A stretch of DNA of 64,000 bases from NCBI GenBank assembly GCA_013239625.1, contig MU053881.1:11150873-11214872 (forward strand). The letters are read 5' to 3'. The DNA is from Lama guanicoe (Eukaryota). A model generated the notes under the pieces. The model had not been told where the DNA came from. It searched no databases and saw only the letters and a program-made list of their open reading frames with translations. Shown here one piece after another: positions 23,196 through 36,097 of the stretch (positions within the stretch are counted from its first letter, which is position 1; each line of letters begins with the position of its first letter). A program made the position numbers and the translations under genes.

Positions 23196-25766
23196 TCTGA
23201 TTAATAGACTTACTGTGAAAATAAATTATCTCATTCAGAAAAGCTTTCTAAATGTCCAACAATAAATGCAGTATGCATTCTAAAAGTCTCAAATATGTAG
23301 TTTTATGCCTACACTATATACAGAAAAACATACACATTATTTTATGATATTTCCATCTGATGATTGAAGTCAAATGATAAGAAGTTCTCAATGTTCCTTT
23401 TGGCCATCATTGCAAAGTCTGTTTATTCCCAATAAGCATGCTGCTTTAGGTGTGCTGGGTTACACAAATGGGTGATGGACAGATAATCTGAAGACCATCA
23501 TGCCCTTAAGTACAACGTTTTTTTTCCTAGTAGAGTCTGGTCAACTTCAGTCAGCATCTCAGAACTTCAAACTGGCTTTTTGAAAAGATACGTAAATAAG
23601 ATTTTCTGCACAATTACTGAATCAAAATCACAGTTAACCAATATTGCAATCCTGTCATTAACTAGGTTTACACAATTAAAATGAAAATCAGGGAGGAACG
23701 ACAGAAGGCAATTCATGTGGGATCCCTGCAATCACTCCTCACCCTTTAATAATTAAATGAAACAGCACAAATTCTGCTGGTCTCATGAGCAATAATGAAA
23801 GTAAGAATTATTTCACAGGATTTGCTCAATTTGGTATTTTTTCATTTTACTTAAGGAAAGAAAACTCTAAGACTTATAAAGTCAAAATATAAAATATAAA
23901 GTTGCATAGAGTATGAATTTACTCTCTTTGACCAATAATTTCACCTCCCAACGTTAGCTGGAAGAGTTACTATAATTTTAAAAACTTAACTGACAGAAAA
24001 AATTAAAATAATAAATCATGTCAAAATAGGCTTGAATTATTCAATATTAGGTGCATTATAAAATAAACAAACTTTATAAGGAAAAAGAACAAAGGAAAAC
24101 AAGTGTCCAGAACTGATACAAATATTCTCAAGTAGTTGCTTTACTCCTGCTGATTATTTGAATCATGTTAATAATAATATTTGTGTCAAGAGTTGATCCC
24201 TGCTTTGCTAATCTGTTTATATCCCATAAAACAATTTAAAAAGAAGGTAAAAAAAATTCTCTACCAGTGCTGGTTTTGCTATAAAACTCAATGAGTGTAT
24301 TTCCTGTTAGTTGGGGGACTAGCACATTAAGTGATGGTCTTCTTGTTTTTTAATGCTGAGAATCCAGATATTTTCTTCTCAAAAAGAAGAAAAAAAACTT
24401 CCATTAAGCTTTTTCCCATCAGAACAGCTTGTTATTATGCTTTTCCCTTCCTACTTTATATAATGTGGCCATCAATTCCAAAAAAAGAAAAGCATAATAA
24501 TATGATTTTCCTTTAGGTTATTGGAGAATTATTGCCTTTAAAGTAAAATGCTTGCTATTAAGTCTGAAGGCTGTTTTAATCATTGGAGCCTTTACCTGCT
24601 GTACAAATATGCAAGACCTTTTCACTTTTCACTTCTTCTTACTGAATATTGCTGAAAAACTTCAAGGGAATGTTACCCTTACAATTTCATGAGGGAGAGA
24701 ATACCAAGAGAGTTTTCTGAGCTCATTTGAAGTCTGAGAAGGCTATTGTACCCATTTTTAAAACCTGATCAAAATTCAGTCTGCTGTTTGTTACTAAATT
24801 ATGTATCTCTGAAGCATAAATATGTTGGCTTTAGAAAGTTACAAATTAGTGCATTTCCATATGACTTGGGAAAATGTAATTTTAACCAATTTTGTTTGGG
24901 GTGAAAAAATATTGTTTGCATTATTTTATAACACAAGGGAGCTGTCAGCCCACATGGTCATCCAATTTCTCTGGCAGAGAGAGCTCCCTTGCATCTCAAA
25001 TTGTCAGCAATAAAGCTTATACTTTTCACATTAATGCTACCGATAACCTACAAAAATGCCTGCCTTGAACATTGTTTTGCAGAAGAGAATGTGGCAAGCC
25101 TAACAGAAGAATCTGGTACCTCCTTGAGTAGATATTTCATTTTTCACTCCATTATCTTTAATTCAAAAGTGTGAAACCATATTTGAAATTGTCCTGAAAC
25201 TTATTATTTTTAATCCTTTTCAGATATGCTGATTTCACTGTATCCTAGGGAGTTTCGTTTGCACCAGCTTCTCCTTCTGTCTCCTTCTCCAATGCTGCTG
25301 GGCTGTTCTTTGCTCTGTTAGTCAGTAGAAGCAGAGATTACTGTTTCTAAGGATTCCAATTTGAAGACTAAGTCATAAGACCTACAACAATATTGCTAAA
25401 AATCCATTAAATATGACTGTATTAGGAAAGATAAATGAGGACGTACTAAAAAGAGAAAGGAAAGGAGAGCAGGAAGTGTAGTGAGAGGATAAAAGGAAAA
25501 GGGGAAGTTAAAACACAGGGAGGAGTATGCAGGAAAAGAAACAGATGAAGAATGGATAGGAATGGCAGAAGTATTTTAGAGGTGACATGAATCCTATGAT
25601 ATCAGCTAGTAAGTAGAACCGGACAGGCATTGTTTTATACATTATATAATACGCCTTTTTTTTCAGGCTCTCTGTGTCTAAAGTGAGGAAGTCAATTCCA
25701 AGGTATAGGTGTAAAGCCTGGTGATATCAACATGATGACAAAAGATAAAATAATATTTACTCATGA

Positions 25767-25947
25767 CAGTGGTTTTTAATGTGGGGTATCACTGTCTACC
25801 AGGTGGCATGTTTGGTTTTCAGAACTGCAGTATGTGTGTGTGGAGGGGGTTGCTATTGGCATCTGGTGGGTAGAGGTCAGGGGTGCTGCTATGTATCCTA
25901 CAATGCAGAGCCCAAATGTCATTAGTGCCAAGATAGAGAAACCCTGA
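25767..25947 (+). mobile_element. MER20 (hAT-Charlie MITE)
   Basis: cagtggtttttaa...tgctattggcatctggtgggtagaggtcaggggtgctgct...cctacaatgca...gagaaaccctg. Confidence 0.88.
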
Positions 25948-26444
25948 TCTGTGCCATTATTGGATTCCTGAAGAATAGTGAAGTGAACCAGATTTCTGAC
26001 TGATGTTTGATCTGAAAACACTTTACCTTGCCCAAATGCCCATTTGAATCTCAAATCAGGCAAAACCATCAGTGGCCGTGAACTGATACAAACCTCATTT
26101 TACTTAAATTACTGTGAGTGGTACTTCTACTCAGTAAGCATTGGTTGGCAGAGGTATATTCTGAGTTCTTTGTGCCTCTAACATTGAACTCAGGTTCATT
26201 TAATCAAATGCATCCCTGAATAAATAAGTATTGATGAGAAAGTATGTATCTCTCTAAGAGGAAAGAATACAAACTGAAGGACAAGTGGTGTTTCAGAAGG
26301 TCCCTGACTTAGATGTTCCAAGATGATCAATAAAATATTTAACTTCATTTTCAGGACTAAATATGAGATGAGGTGGAGAGGAAATGTTCATTTTGAGTTG
26401 GGTATCAGGCCAATCTAACACCAGAGAGAATTTCACAGAATGTT

Positions 26445-26612
26445 GTTTCTTAAACTTTATATGCCTACAGATTATCAGGGATTGATTTGTTTTTTTCATG
26501 TACATTCTGAACCAGCCAGTCTAATGTTAAAAACAGGTACTTTGGATTTGTAATAAGTTGCCAGATGATGCTGATTGTACAAAACCAAGGACCATCCTTC
26601 GAGTGCCAAGGC
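26445..26612. mobile_element. MER5A-like hAT MITE
   Basis: gtttcttaaacttt...taataagttgccagatgatgctgat...ggaccatccttcgag. Confidence 0.55.
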
Positions 26613-26808
26613 ACTGGAATTGTTCATTTTTAAAAAACATTGAACAAAACAATATCATCCTAAAGGCAAATCACATATATAAAATTTGTTGAATTATACA
26701 ACAATTTCATAGAGAAGATGAGGGTTCTTCCAAATAGCTCTCACACATTCATTTTCATTATTTAAAATAAATGTAATTGCTTTTGGTTAATTTAAAACTT
26801 TACTGCTT

Positions 26809-28353
26809 TTACTGAAGAAAAAGAAAGAGGCTGGAGGAATAACGCTCCCAGACTTCAGATAATACAATAGAACTACAGTCATCAAGACAGCATGGTATTG
26901 GTACAAAAACAGACATATAGATCAATGGAACAGAATAGAGAGCCCAGAAATGTAACTACAAACTTTTGGTCAACTAATCGTCAACAAAGGAGGAAAGAAT
27001 ATGCAATGGAATAAAGACAGTCTCTTCAGCAAATGGTGTTGGGAAAACTGGACAGCAGCATGTAAATCAATGAAGCTAGAACACTCCCTTACACCATACA
27101 CAAAAATAAACTCAAAATGCATCAAAGACTTAAACATAAGGCAAGATACAATAAACCTCCCAGAAGAAAATATAGGCAAAATATTATCTGACATACATCT
27201 CAAAAATGTTCTCCTAGAACAGTCTACCCAAGCAATAGAAATAAAGGCAAGAATAAACAAGTGGGACCTAATGAAACTTACAAGCTCTGCACAGCAAAGG
27301 AAACCATAAGTAAAACAAAAAGACAACCTACAGAATGGGAGAAAATTTTTGCAAATGAAACTGACAAAGGCTTGATCTCCAGAATATATAAGCAGCTCAT
27401 ATGACTCAATAAGAAAACAGCAAACAACCCAATCCAAAAATGGGCAGAAGACCTAAACAAGCAATTCTCTAAGGAAGAAATACAAATGATCAATAAGCAC
27501 ATGAAAAAATACTCATTATCACTCATTATCAGAGAAATGCAAATCAAAACTACAATGAGGTATCACCTCACACCAGTAAGAATGGCCATCATTCAAAAAT
27601 CCACAAATGAGAAATGCTGGAGAGGCTGGGGAGAAAAGGGAACCCTCCTACACTGCTGGTGGGAATGCAGTTTAGTGCGGCCACTGTGGAGAACAGTGTG
27701 GAGATTCCTCAAAAGACTAGGAATAGACTTACCGTATGACCCAGGAATCCCGCTCCTGGGCATATATCCAGAAGGAACCCTACTTCAGGATGACACATGT
27801 ACCCCAGTGTTCATAGCAGCACTATTTACAATAGCCAAAACATGGAAACAGCCTAAATGTCCATCAACGGATGACTAGATAAAGAAGAGGTGGTATATTT
27901 ATACAATGGAATACTATTCAGCCATAAAAACCAACAACATAACGCCATATGCAGCAACATGGATGCTCCTGGAGAATGTCATTCTGAGTGAAGTAAGCCA
28001 GAAAGAGGAAGAAAAATACCATGTGAGATCGCTTATATGTGGAATCTAAAACAAACAAACAAACAAAACATAAATATACAACAGAAACAGACTCATAAAC
28101 ATAGAATACAAACTTGTGGTTGCCAAGGGGGTGGAGGGTGGGAAGGGATAGACTGGGATTTCAAAATGTAGAACAGATAAACAAGATTATACTGTATAGC
28201 ACAAGCAAATATATACAAGATCTTATGGTAGCTCACAGAGAAAAAAATGTAACAATGAATATATACATGTTCATGTATAACTGAAAAATTGTGCTCTACT
28301 CTGGAATTTGACAAAACATGGTAAAATGATTATAAATCAATAAAAAATGTTAA
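26809..28353 (+). mobile_element. 5'-truncated young L1 (~1.5 kb): C-terminal ORF2, 3' UTR and short A tail
   Basis: ORF track gives L1 ORF2 peptides ([34 protein letters not shown]...[18 protein letters not shown]...[12 protein letters not shown]); TSD AAAACTTTACTGCTT (26794-26808) / AAAAATTAACTGCTT (28354-28368), 13/15 identical. Confidence 0.97.
26815..27990 (+). pseudogene. Disrupted L1 ORF2 C-terminus including the Cys-rich domain
   Basis: Split between ORFs 27001-27309 and 27486-27878 by frameshifts and stops; endonuclease and RT core absent. Confidence 0.9.
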
Positions 28354-28369
28354 AAAAATTAACTGCTTA

Positions 28370-28870
28370 AGTACTGAATAAATTCTAATTGTAAGAAAAA
28401 AGTGTATAAATAAGGCCAAAGACCCTCTTTGATAATTTAATATGTCCCACAACCCAGTCCTTTCTTCTTCATATTTCAGTATTTTTTCCCCTACCCCACC
28501 CAGAATTAAACATTATTTTTATTAGACTGGTTTTTCGTCTTCCGTATCTCTTTCTGTGCATTTACATACATACACATGTATCTACACAGCATTTTATCTT
28601 ATAATTTTTAAAAATTAATTAAATATTATAATTGTGTCTGTATCATTATGCAACTTACTTTTTCACTCATAATTACATCTTGGAATATAATTATATTAAA
28701 TTTTGTTCCATAATTAGATGTGATTTTTCTGTACATACACATAATACACATATATGTAATTTTATCAGTTACATCTTGGAACATAGTAGTATATACTGAA
28801 CAACTGAATCTTCCTGAATTCCTAAATTGTATTTCATAAAATGGATATGCCATCTGCCTTTTGGTAGGTA
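28370..28870 (-). mobile_element. Ancient L1ME-like 3' remnant
   Basis: aaaagtgtataaataaggccaaaga...tatcattatgcaacttactttttcactca...aatggatatgcca; very diverged. Confidence 0.4.
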
Positions 28871-31800
28871 TTAGGTTTTTTATAACACATTTAAAATACC
28901 TTGATGTTAAAAAAAAAGAAAAAGAAGAGGTAGATAACAACTGCATGTCTTAAGCTCAACATAAAGATTATAGATTCTACAGAGTGTGGAGATTTGAGTT
29001 TTTCAAGTCAAAATATTATACACTTGTTAAACATAAACTACCAATCCAAAATGTATGTGTATATTCACAAGGGAACTGGGACAGAATAGAAGAAGTCTAG
29101 GCAAGGAAAGGATATGTATACGTACTTCCTCGATACAAGGATGCAGTTTTCCGTGGCTTAGAGATTTTTTGAAGATAATACCTAAACCATTAAAATCTGT
29201 GTTTGCTCTTTACTTTGTTAGGGTTTTCCATACGACTGCAGCCTATACAAAGAATGAAAGACAGAAATCTGGGTCCCTAATGACAGAGCATATTTTGCTT
29301 TTATTGTCAGACATAACTTAGCCTTCTTAAAAATGAGTTGCTGCAAGAAAGTAATTGAGGGCCATAGTCAAAATTTCTTCTAAGGCTTAGAAGGCTCAGA
29401 AAATACGACCTCAAATCATCATCTTCAAAAAATCTAAATTTGTTAACAAATTTGTAATATTCAACCATATAATTCTTAGTTTGTCCCTCCTGATTTTGCT
29501 GCCTTTTAAGCAAGTCCATGACAGTTTTTGACAAATTTTAAGCTTTCACCTGGCATTCTGCAAAAGAACTTTTAAGTACCACAGGATGTGTGAAGGTTTT
29601 GTCATGAATAGCGCCGATGCCATGTTATATTGTGCTGATGGTCCACATACTGTGGCTGTTTTGAGTCAAGCCTGTAGCTCACTTGGGTATCATCTCCATG
29701 GTAACTTGTTTACAAAGGCTGAAATACAAGCTGAAAATTCAAGGTTAGCTTTTTCTTTGTTGCTGTTTTGATGTTTTTGGCAATCGAAATAACGTGGGTA
29801 TAAGACTTGATTTAAACAGCTTCATGGCAGGCTGAGTCAAAACAAAACTCCATACAAAATGTGCTTTCTTCATCTCCATTAAAAAGGAGAGAATTCAAAA
29901 TGATCTTTAATCAGAACCATCACTTATATCTCCCTTTCATATTCCAAAACAACAGTCCGCCTGCTGCACTTTGGAATCTCATCTTGGGAAATAGGTTTAA
30001 GGCTTCGTATTTTTTGAAGCAATGATTTTTTTGTATGCATATGTTCTGCCTTAGATGAAGAATTCAGTTTATTTTAAATCACCACTGTGTTGGGAGGAAG
30101 TGAGCAGTTTTAGTACCTATGCTAAAGCACTTCATCCTCCAAGTGGATGAGCCTTTTGAATTCTAAAAATTGACTGCATTTTTGATATTATGAAAAACAG
30201 TTACTACTCAAAATTACTCTTTCCCAGAAATAATTATAAAATGACTCTGATGATAACATTAGTTTAGTAGAATGTTTATTTTGATTATGGAAAATTTAAA
30301 TTTAGATTGTTTAAGAAGAACTGCTGTCTTCTGAAAGCAAGTTATAACCCAGAGTGATCTTAAATCTAGAGTATTTGATCCTTTGAATAAATTTCCACTA
30401 AAGAAAGTAGAAAAATAATGCTATATATCTTATCTGCTCTTTATGAATCTTCATAAGCATTTAAAGAATTCAATATAACCCCCAAAACAAGGCCAAGATG
30501 CCCACTACTACTTGTTCACTAGAATTTCCATCATACAGAATGTAACTGATATGGAAATATAATAATGTGCCTATTACCATAAAGGTGGTGCTTGTTGCAA
30601 AAATCAAAGACAGGCTTTAAGACAGAAAATTAAATTTGGAGTTGGCATTGTTCTAACAAGAGTAATAAAACGATGAGGCTTATGCTTGCTGAGTTTTTAG
30701 GAATTAGCTCACGAAGGTGACTAGATTCTTCTTGACCCAAATCCTCTTCCCTGCTCCTTTCAGAGCTCTTGAGATACAGATATAGAAATAGATATAGATA
30801 CAGCAACATTACCTACTATTATAATCATTGATTTACTTACTGGCCTCACCAATCACCAGTCATCACAGTGTCTGATGTAGGAAGACAGTCAATAGTATTT
30901 ATTGCATAAATACCTGATTTTGCAATAATCAATATAATTTCTAGGGCTTTGTCAGGAATGTTGCCTTTCCTACCATGATCTCTCTCATGATTTTGCTTTT
31001 CTTTTCTCAATGAAGATTTGTGGAACATTTTGCTTTCCTGATACCACATGGGAGAAAGGATAGACAGTTATTTGCCCAACACGTTCCAAAGCACGTAGAC
31101 TCAGACTTTCCTTTCAATTCCTTCACCCAAGCCCTTGCCTCATATGAGAACACTTTATTTTCCACTCAAACTTCGCTATGATTCTTCCTCTAAGCAGAGC
31201 TGAAAGAATGGGTTTCCCTCTGACAGTGACTCCTGAGCATTTCACTTGGATTTAGCCCTGTTCACTAAAACGTCTTCAGTAAAGACAGGAAGTAGGAATG
31301 GGAGCGGATGCTGAAATGAGAGTACCTGGAGGGATTTATTCTGACTTGGAATATTCTCTTCACCTGATTAGATTCTACCTTGATTAAAATATTTTTCAGT
31401 TCTCCTCTTAATGATGTTGATTTTTTTAAATGTAATTTTACTTATTATTGATTTTTATTTATTGCATTGCATCTTTGGTTTGCACAGCTTCTCAGTCTCA
31501 AGACACAGCTTCCCCCACACACTATCCATTTTTTTGTTTACTCTTACAACATTTAAACCATTAAACATACAACGTTTACTACTAGAAAAATATTGTAACT
31601 CAAGTTTCTGACTGTGAAATAACTTCATCAAATTATCTTTTGGGCAAGATTGAAGTAACCTAAAGATGACTTCAAGTTAAATGAAAATATGTGATTTTAT
31701 TGATTACTTCTCACGTGGCTACAACCAGAGACCAGTAAAATCCTAGAGTAGCACACAAGTGATTTTCATCCAAAGATTATGGGTTTAGTTCTAAAATAAA

Positions 31801-32779
31801 CAGTGAGGGAAGATATTTTTTTCCTTAATGAACTTGTATCCAAGTAGATGCAACCAAAGCTGATGATGTTACAGGGGGACAAGTGGACACAATCGTTACA
31901 TGTTGAGTCAACAACACAATTAAGAAACAACATGATTCTTCCATCTTTTAAACTCTCCTTTTACTTTAATTAAGCTCACACTGAGAAATATTTCCGTTTC
32001 TTGTTAAAGATATAATAAAAAAGGTGAATTAAGAAACAGGATCCCCCTTCAGTCTTCTATTCGTTTTTTGGCTGAGTGAGGGGCAACAGAGCATTAGAAT
32101 AGAATCTCTGGAATTCTGTGGTCTAAAATTCATATTTAGCATAGCCTAGCTTATTACCGAGAATTGTGTTAATTGTTCTATAAAATAAATAAAAGATACT
32201 GAAAGAGGAAACGCAAATAAGGTATAAAGAGCCTCAGCTTGATTCCCCAGTTGTAACGTCTGGCAGCTAACTCTGCCCAAAACAATGAACAAGACATACA
32301 TCACTAGAGAAGAGCAGATACGTGTCAATCAAATATGTTCTTATGGTGAAGAGAGTGTGATAACATTAGCACATTTACACAATATGACCTTGCCTATTAA
32401 GCCTCATTTTTCCTTTCAAACTCCTCAGTCAGATGGTATTGTATAAATAAGAGCATCACTGTTTAGTAAGTCTTCATTCAGGCTTTCCTAGTTGCTTACA
32501 AGATTTCTTTGAAATGAAAGAATAAATGTAGGAACACTCTCTTTTATTCGCTAGAATCAACAATTAAATTTCAATAAGAAATGGAAATCCAAATGCAACT
32601 TAGTAGCCTCAAAATAGAATATTAAGTTGGTTAGATAGATCTCTTATGACACTCAAGTGATTGAAATTACTTTTAAGAATTCAATATCTAAATAGAAGCA
32701 TTAATAGCTATTCAATAAATCAAATCCACCCCAATGATACCATCAATACAAAATAGTATACATAGTTAAGGACTAAACT

Positions 32780-33420
32780 GTATGATATACTAAAAATGCT
32801 ACAGCTTTTCAAAAGGGAGAATTATTATTAAAGGGTCAGTCAGTAAATCTTTCATGGAAAATAAAACTTTTAATTTGAATTTGAATTTTTAAGTTTTGAA
32901 TAGGTGAAATTTTATATTCATGCAAGGATAAAAATAAGCATAAAGTTCATGGAAGTCAAAGAATGTTTTTTTATGGAAGAGAAAAGAAAACAATCTGATG
33001 AAGAGAGAAATGTCTATGAGGCAGACACAGAGAAAAAGGAAGCACAGCATCAGATTTTTCTAATCATTTGAAACTAGGTAGAGAATTTTAGACTTAACCA
33101 GAGAGCAATTCAAGGTCTTGGAAGGATTAAGTTAGTGAATTTTTCTTAGAAGAAAAGAACATTTAAAGAATATTTGCATGACATGTAGAAATGATGGGTT
33201 GTAGGTAGATGAAGCTTGTGTCAGGAGGAATATTTTAAGAGGCTACTGAAGGGATCCTTTTTGTTCAATCTGGTACTGATAAGAATTAAAAAAAAAAAGT
33301 CAGGGTGACATAAGATTTTTGTCCTGCTAAATATATCTAATGAATAAGAGGAACTGGTCAACATTTCAAACTGCAAGTTTGGTAACAAAGAGAATATAAT
33401 CTCAATGAGAGAAATAGCAT
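32780..33420 (-). mobile_element. Highly diverged L2 fragment
   Basis: Purine-rich tract with actaggtagagaattttagactt, gtcaggaggaatattttaagaggctactgaa, ctcaatgagagaaatag. Confidence 0.4.
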
Positions 33421-36097
33421 GTTTAACATACGGTAAAAATCATCTTGAACATTCCCTTATGACACCAGTAAAACTGTCTTATGTTCCTTCCCTAGCTTTA
33501 TAGCAAACTCTTGCTTTTAGATTCATATTTTAATGATTCATGAAGTTCTACCAACTTTATTTAAGTTTCTGTGTGCTGGGGTCACCAATATTCCTGAACT
33601 GTCCTTAAAATTTATCTATTATATGACTTTTATAATTTTTCTCTTTGCCAAAGAAATGTTTATTTGAATGTATTAGTGTAGTTTAAGGATGTATTCATTA
33701 CATACTTATTTTTGTGTTATTATTCTAGGTTAAATTCTCTGCTAGCTACTGTAGACACTGTTTACATGCTGTTTTAATAAGCAAACAGAGAGAAGGCACG
33801 AGAAAGATTTAGATCAATCTAGTTATCTGACCTACCACTAACATACTTCAAGAAGAAATGCAAAATACTTCAATAAATCAGAGATTCTTTACCAGCATTA
33901 GGAACATTTCTGACTCTTTAACCCCCAAAATAAATTATCTAGTTAATTTTGCACTCTCTTTTCATAATAAAATTTAAATAAGATACACATTTGAGTTCTA
34001 GAAACTGTTGCCCACACATCAAGGTATGGAATCATTGGGCATTAAAATCCTTTTAAAATCCTCTGCAGGCAAAGGTGCTGATTAGGAAAACATAGGGGTC
34101 TCTAAGTTCTTCAGTAGATGATTTACACATAGTTTGAAAAATTAGAATTTATTAGCTCTCAAAAAATTCATGAAGATAAAAATGAAAAGAAAAAAGAAAA
34201 AAATGCCTCAGATTTACAATCCAGAGCAAATTCTACAAAACAGTAAATGTACAGGTCATAGAGAATATGACGTGACAACCAAGTGAGGCACCCATGAAGA
34301 CAGGGCAGAACTGCAGCCCAACACAGACAATAAGGAATTAAAACCAGGCCCTTTGTAAAAATCACTGAAGGATTGCAACCATCTTTCAATGTGCTTGAAT
34401 AAAGATCAAATTTAAGATTTTACACTTGAGATACTGCAGTGGCCAAGTGTGATCACTGTCTTCAATCAGCAGTAAGGATTACTGCTCTAAGGAAATATAC
34501 ATTTCAGCATGTTAGTATAGAGCAAGGAGAGGACCCATAAAATGGCCAATGAAAAGAGAAAACCAGATTCAATATTATAAAAGTTATTCTTTAAGTAAAA
34601 TTAAGCTAAGGGTCTTCCAGGACCCTGAGAGAGAGAGTCTGATGAACCCCAATGAGTATTACTTCCAGGTAACCGTATGTGAGGTTTATATTAACTATAC
34701 TGCTAATGGCATATAGTTCTTTCATAGTGTGGATTTGGGTGCCACTTAAAAGAAAATACTCCAGAAATAATATTTTTAAACCTGTATATAGTCAGTGTTT
34801 TAAATTCTGATTCTGAGATAGCAAGCCAGGTAGCACAACCCCTTTTGGAATGTTTTATATTACTAGCAGAAAAAGTTTCCGTATTTTTCACCACAGAGCA
34901 ATCAAGGAAGACTTCTTGAGACCTTTAATATGGATTTTTCCCTGAAATTAATTAATAACAGTTATCAAAAATAGGTTCATGCCCTGAGTGAAAAGAAACA
35001 ATTAGCTAGTTTAGGATAATTAATTCCTACATCTTGTACACTTTTCAGGGACTACTTATATATGCCAATATTCCTTTGGCTGTCTGCCAAATAATGAGCT
35101 GCTGTTTATTTTTTAAGGTTAGCCATATCATCATCACTGAGAATACCCTAAGCACTGAGTTATATATTGGATAGCATAGTTCTCCTTATTAATTTCAACT
35201 CAAGCATTTCAGTTTATTCTAGAAAATATTTGTTATTTTATTTCTGATGAATTATTTTAGGTTGCCTTTGAAAATTCACTATAAATCGCCTGTGTTTGGT
35301 ACTTTAATTTTAAAAACATTAATTAGTATTGTCATAGAGTTCCTTGTGTATTGCATCATACTTAGCAATATGTAATAGCTGAGAAGTAATGGCAACCTAG
35401 AAGAGGTATGTTAGATATTCCATATATAGGAAATCAGAGAACCCTGAGATTAAAGAAAAGGTTAAAAATTGAGGGAAGAGGGAAGAAATGATAAACAATC
35501 TAATATAAAAGGCAACTGCTGTAAACTGACCGAATTCTGCCATACCACTTTCTCCATGATGGCTACCATTTTAATTGAATCTCTTTCATGTGTGTATCTT
35601 AAAAGTGTCATTGGCCTTTAAGATACAAAATTTGATAGTTTTCTCTTAACTATTTGATTTGAATTGCTTGTATGATTGAAGTTGGTTTCACTGGAAGAAT
35701 GAAAGAAAACATTGCCTTCCATGATTAAATAAAGCAGAATGTTTTGGTAGAAGAAAATTTGGATAAAGGCACGAGGGGAAAGGTAGGCATTTTAACACGT
35801 TCGTAGTTATTCAAATTTCAAGGTAAAATTAAGCTTCTGGTCAGTTCAAGTAAATCACTAACTCAAAGGTAATTTAATCCATATATGTGGTCAGTTTCTT
35901 TGATGGAAGACAATATTGAGACCAGCAATAGAAGTGATAATCCATGGAGTTAAGGGGTGAGAGAGTTTCAATCATGTGTATTATGCTTCAGAGAATCATG
36001 AATAGTAAGAATTTAAAGGGATCTTAACAGATCATCAAATCCATTTTGCCATGTGTTTTACATGCCTTAATTATATGTATTAAATTAAATCAAAATA

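Noticed and set aside
22618..25947. Inverted pair of MER20 copies ~3 kb apart (possible dsRNA or composite transposon)
   Set aside because: The copies are short, independently diverged and deleted; MER20 is abundant, so chance proximity is sufficient.
26970..27547. Minus-strand ORFs of 155 and 89 aa
   Set aside because: Antisense shadows of L1 ORF2.
28127..28147. G-quadruplex motif
   Set aside because: Expected G-rich tract of the L1 3' UTR, already explained by the element.
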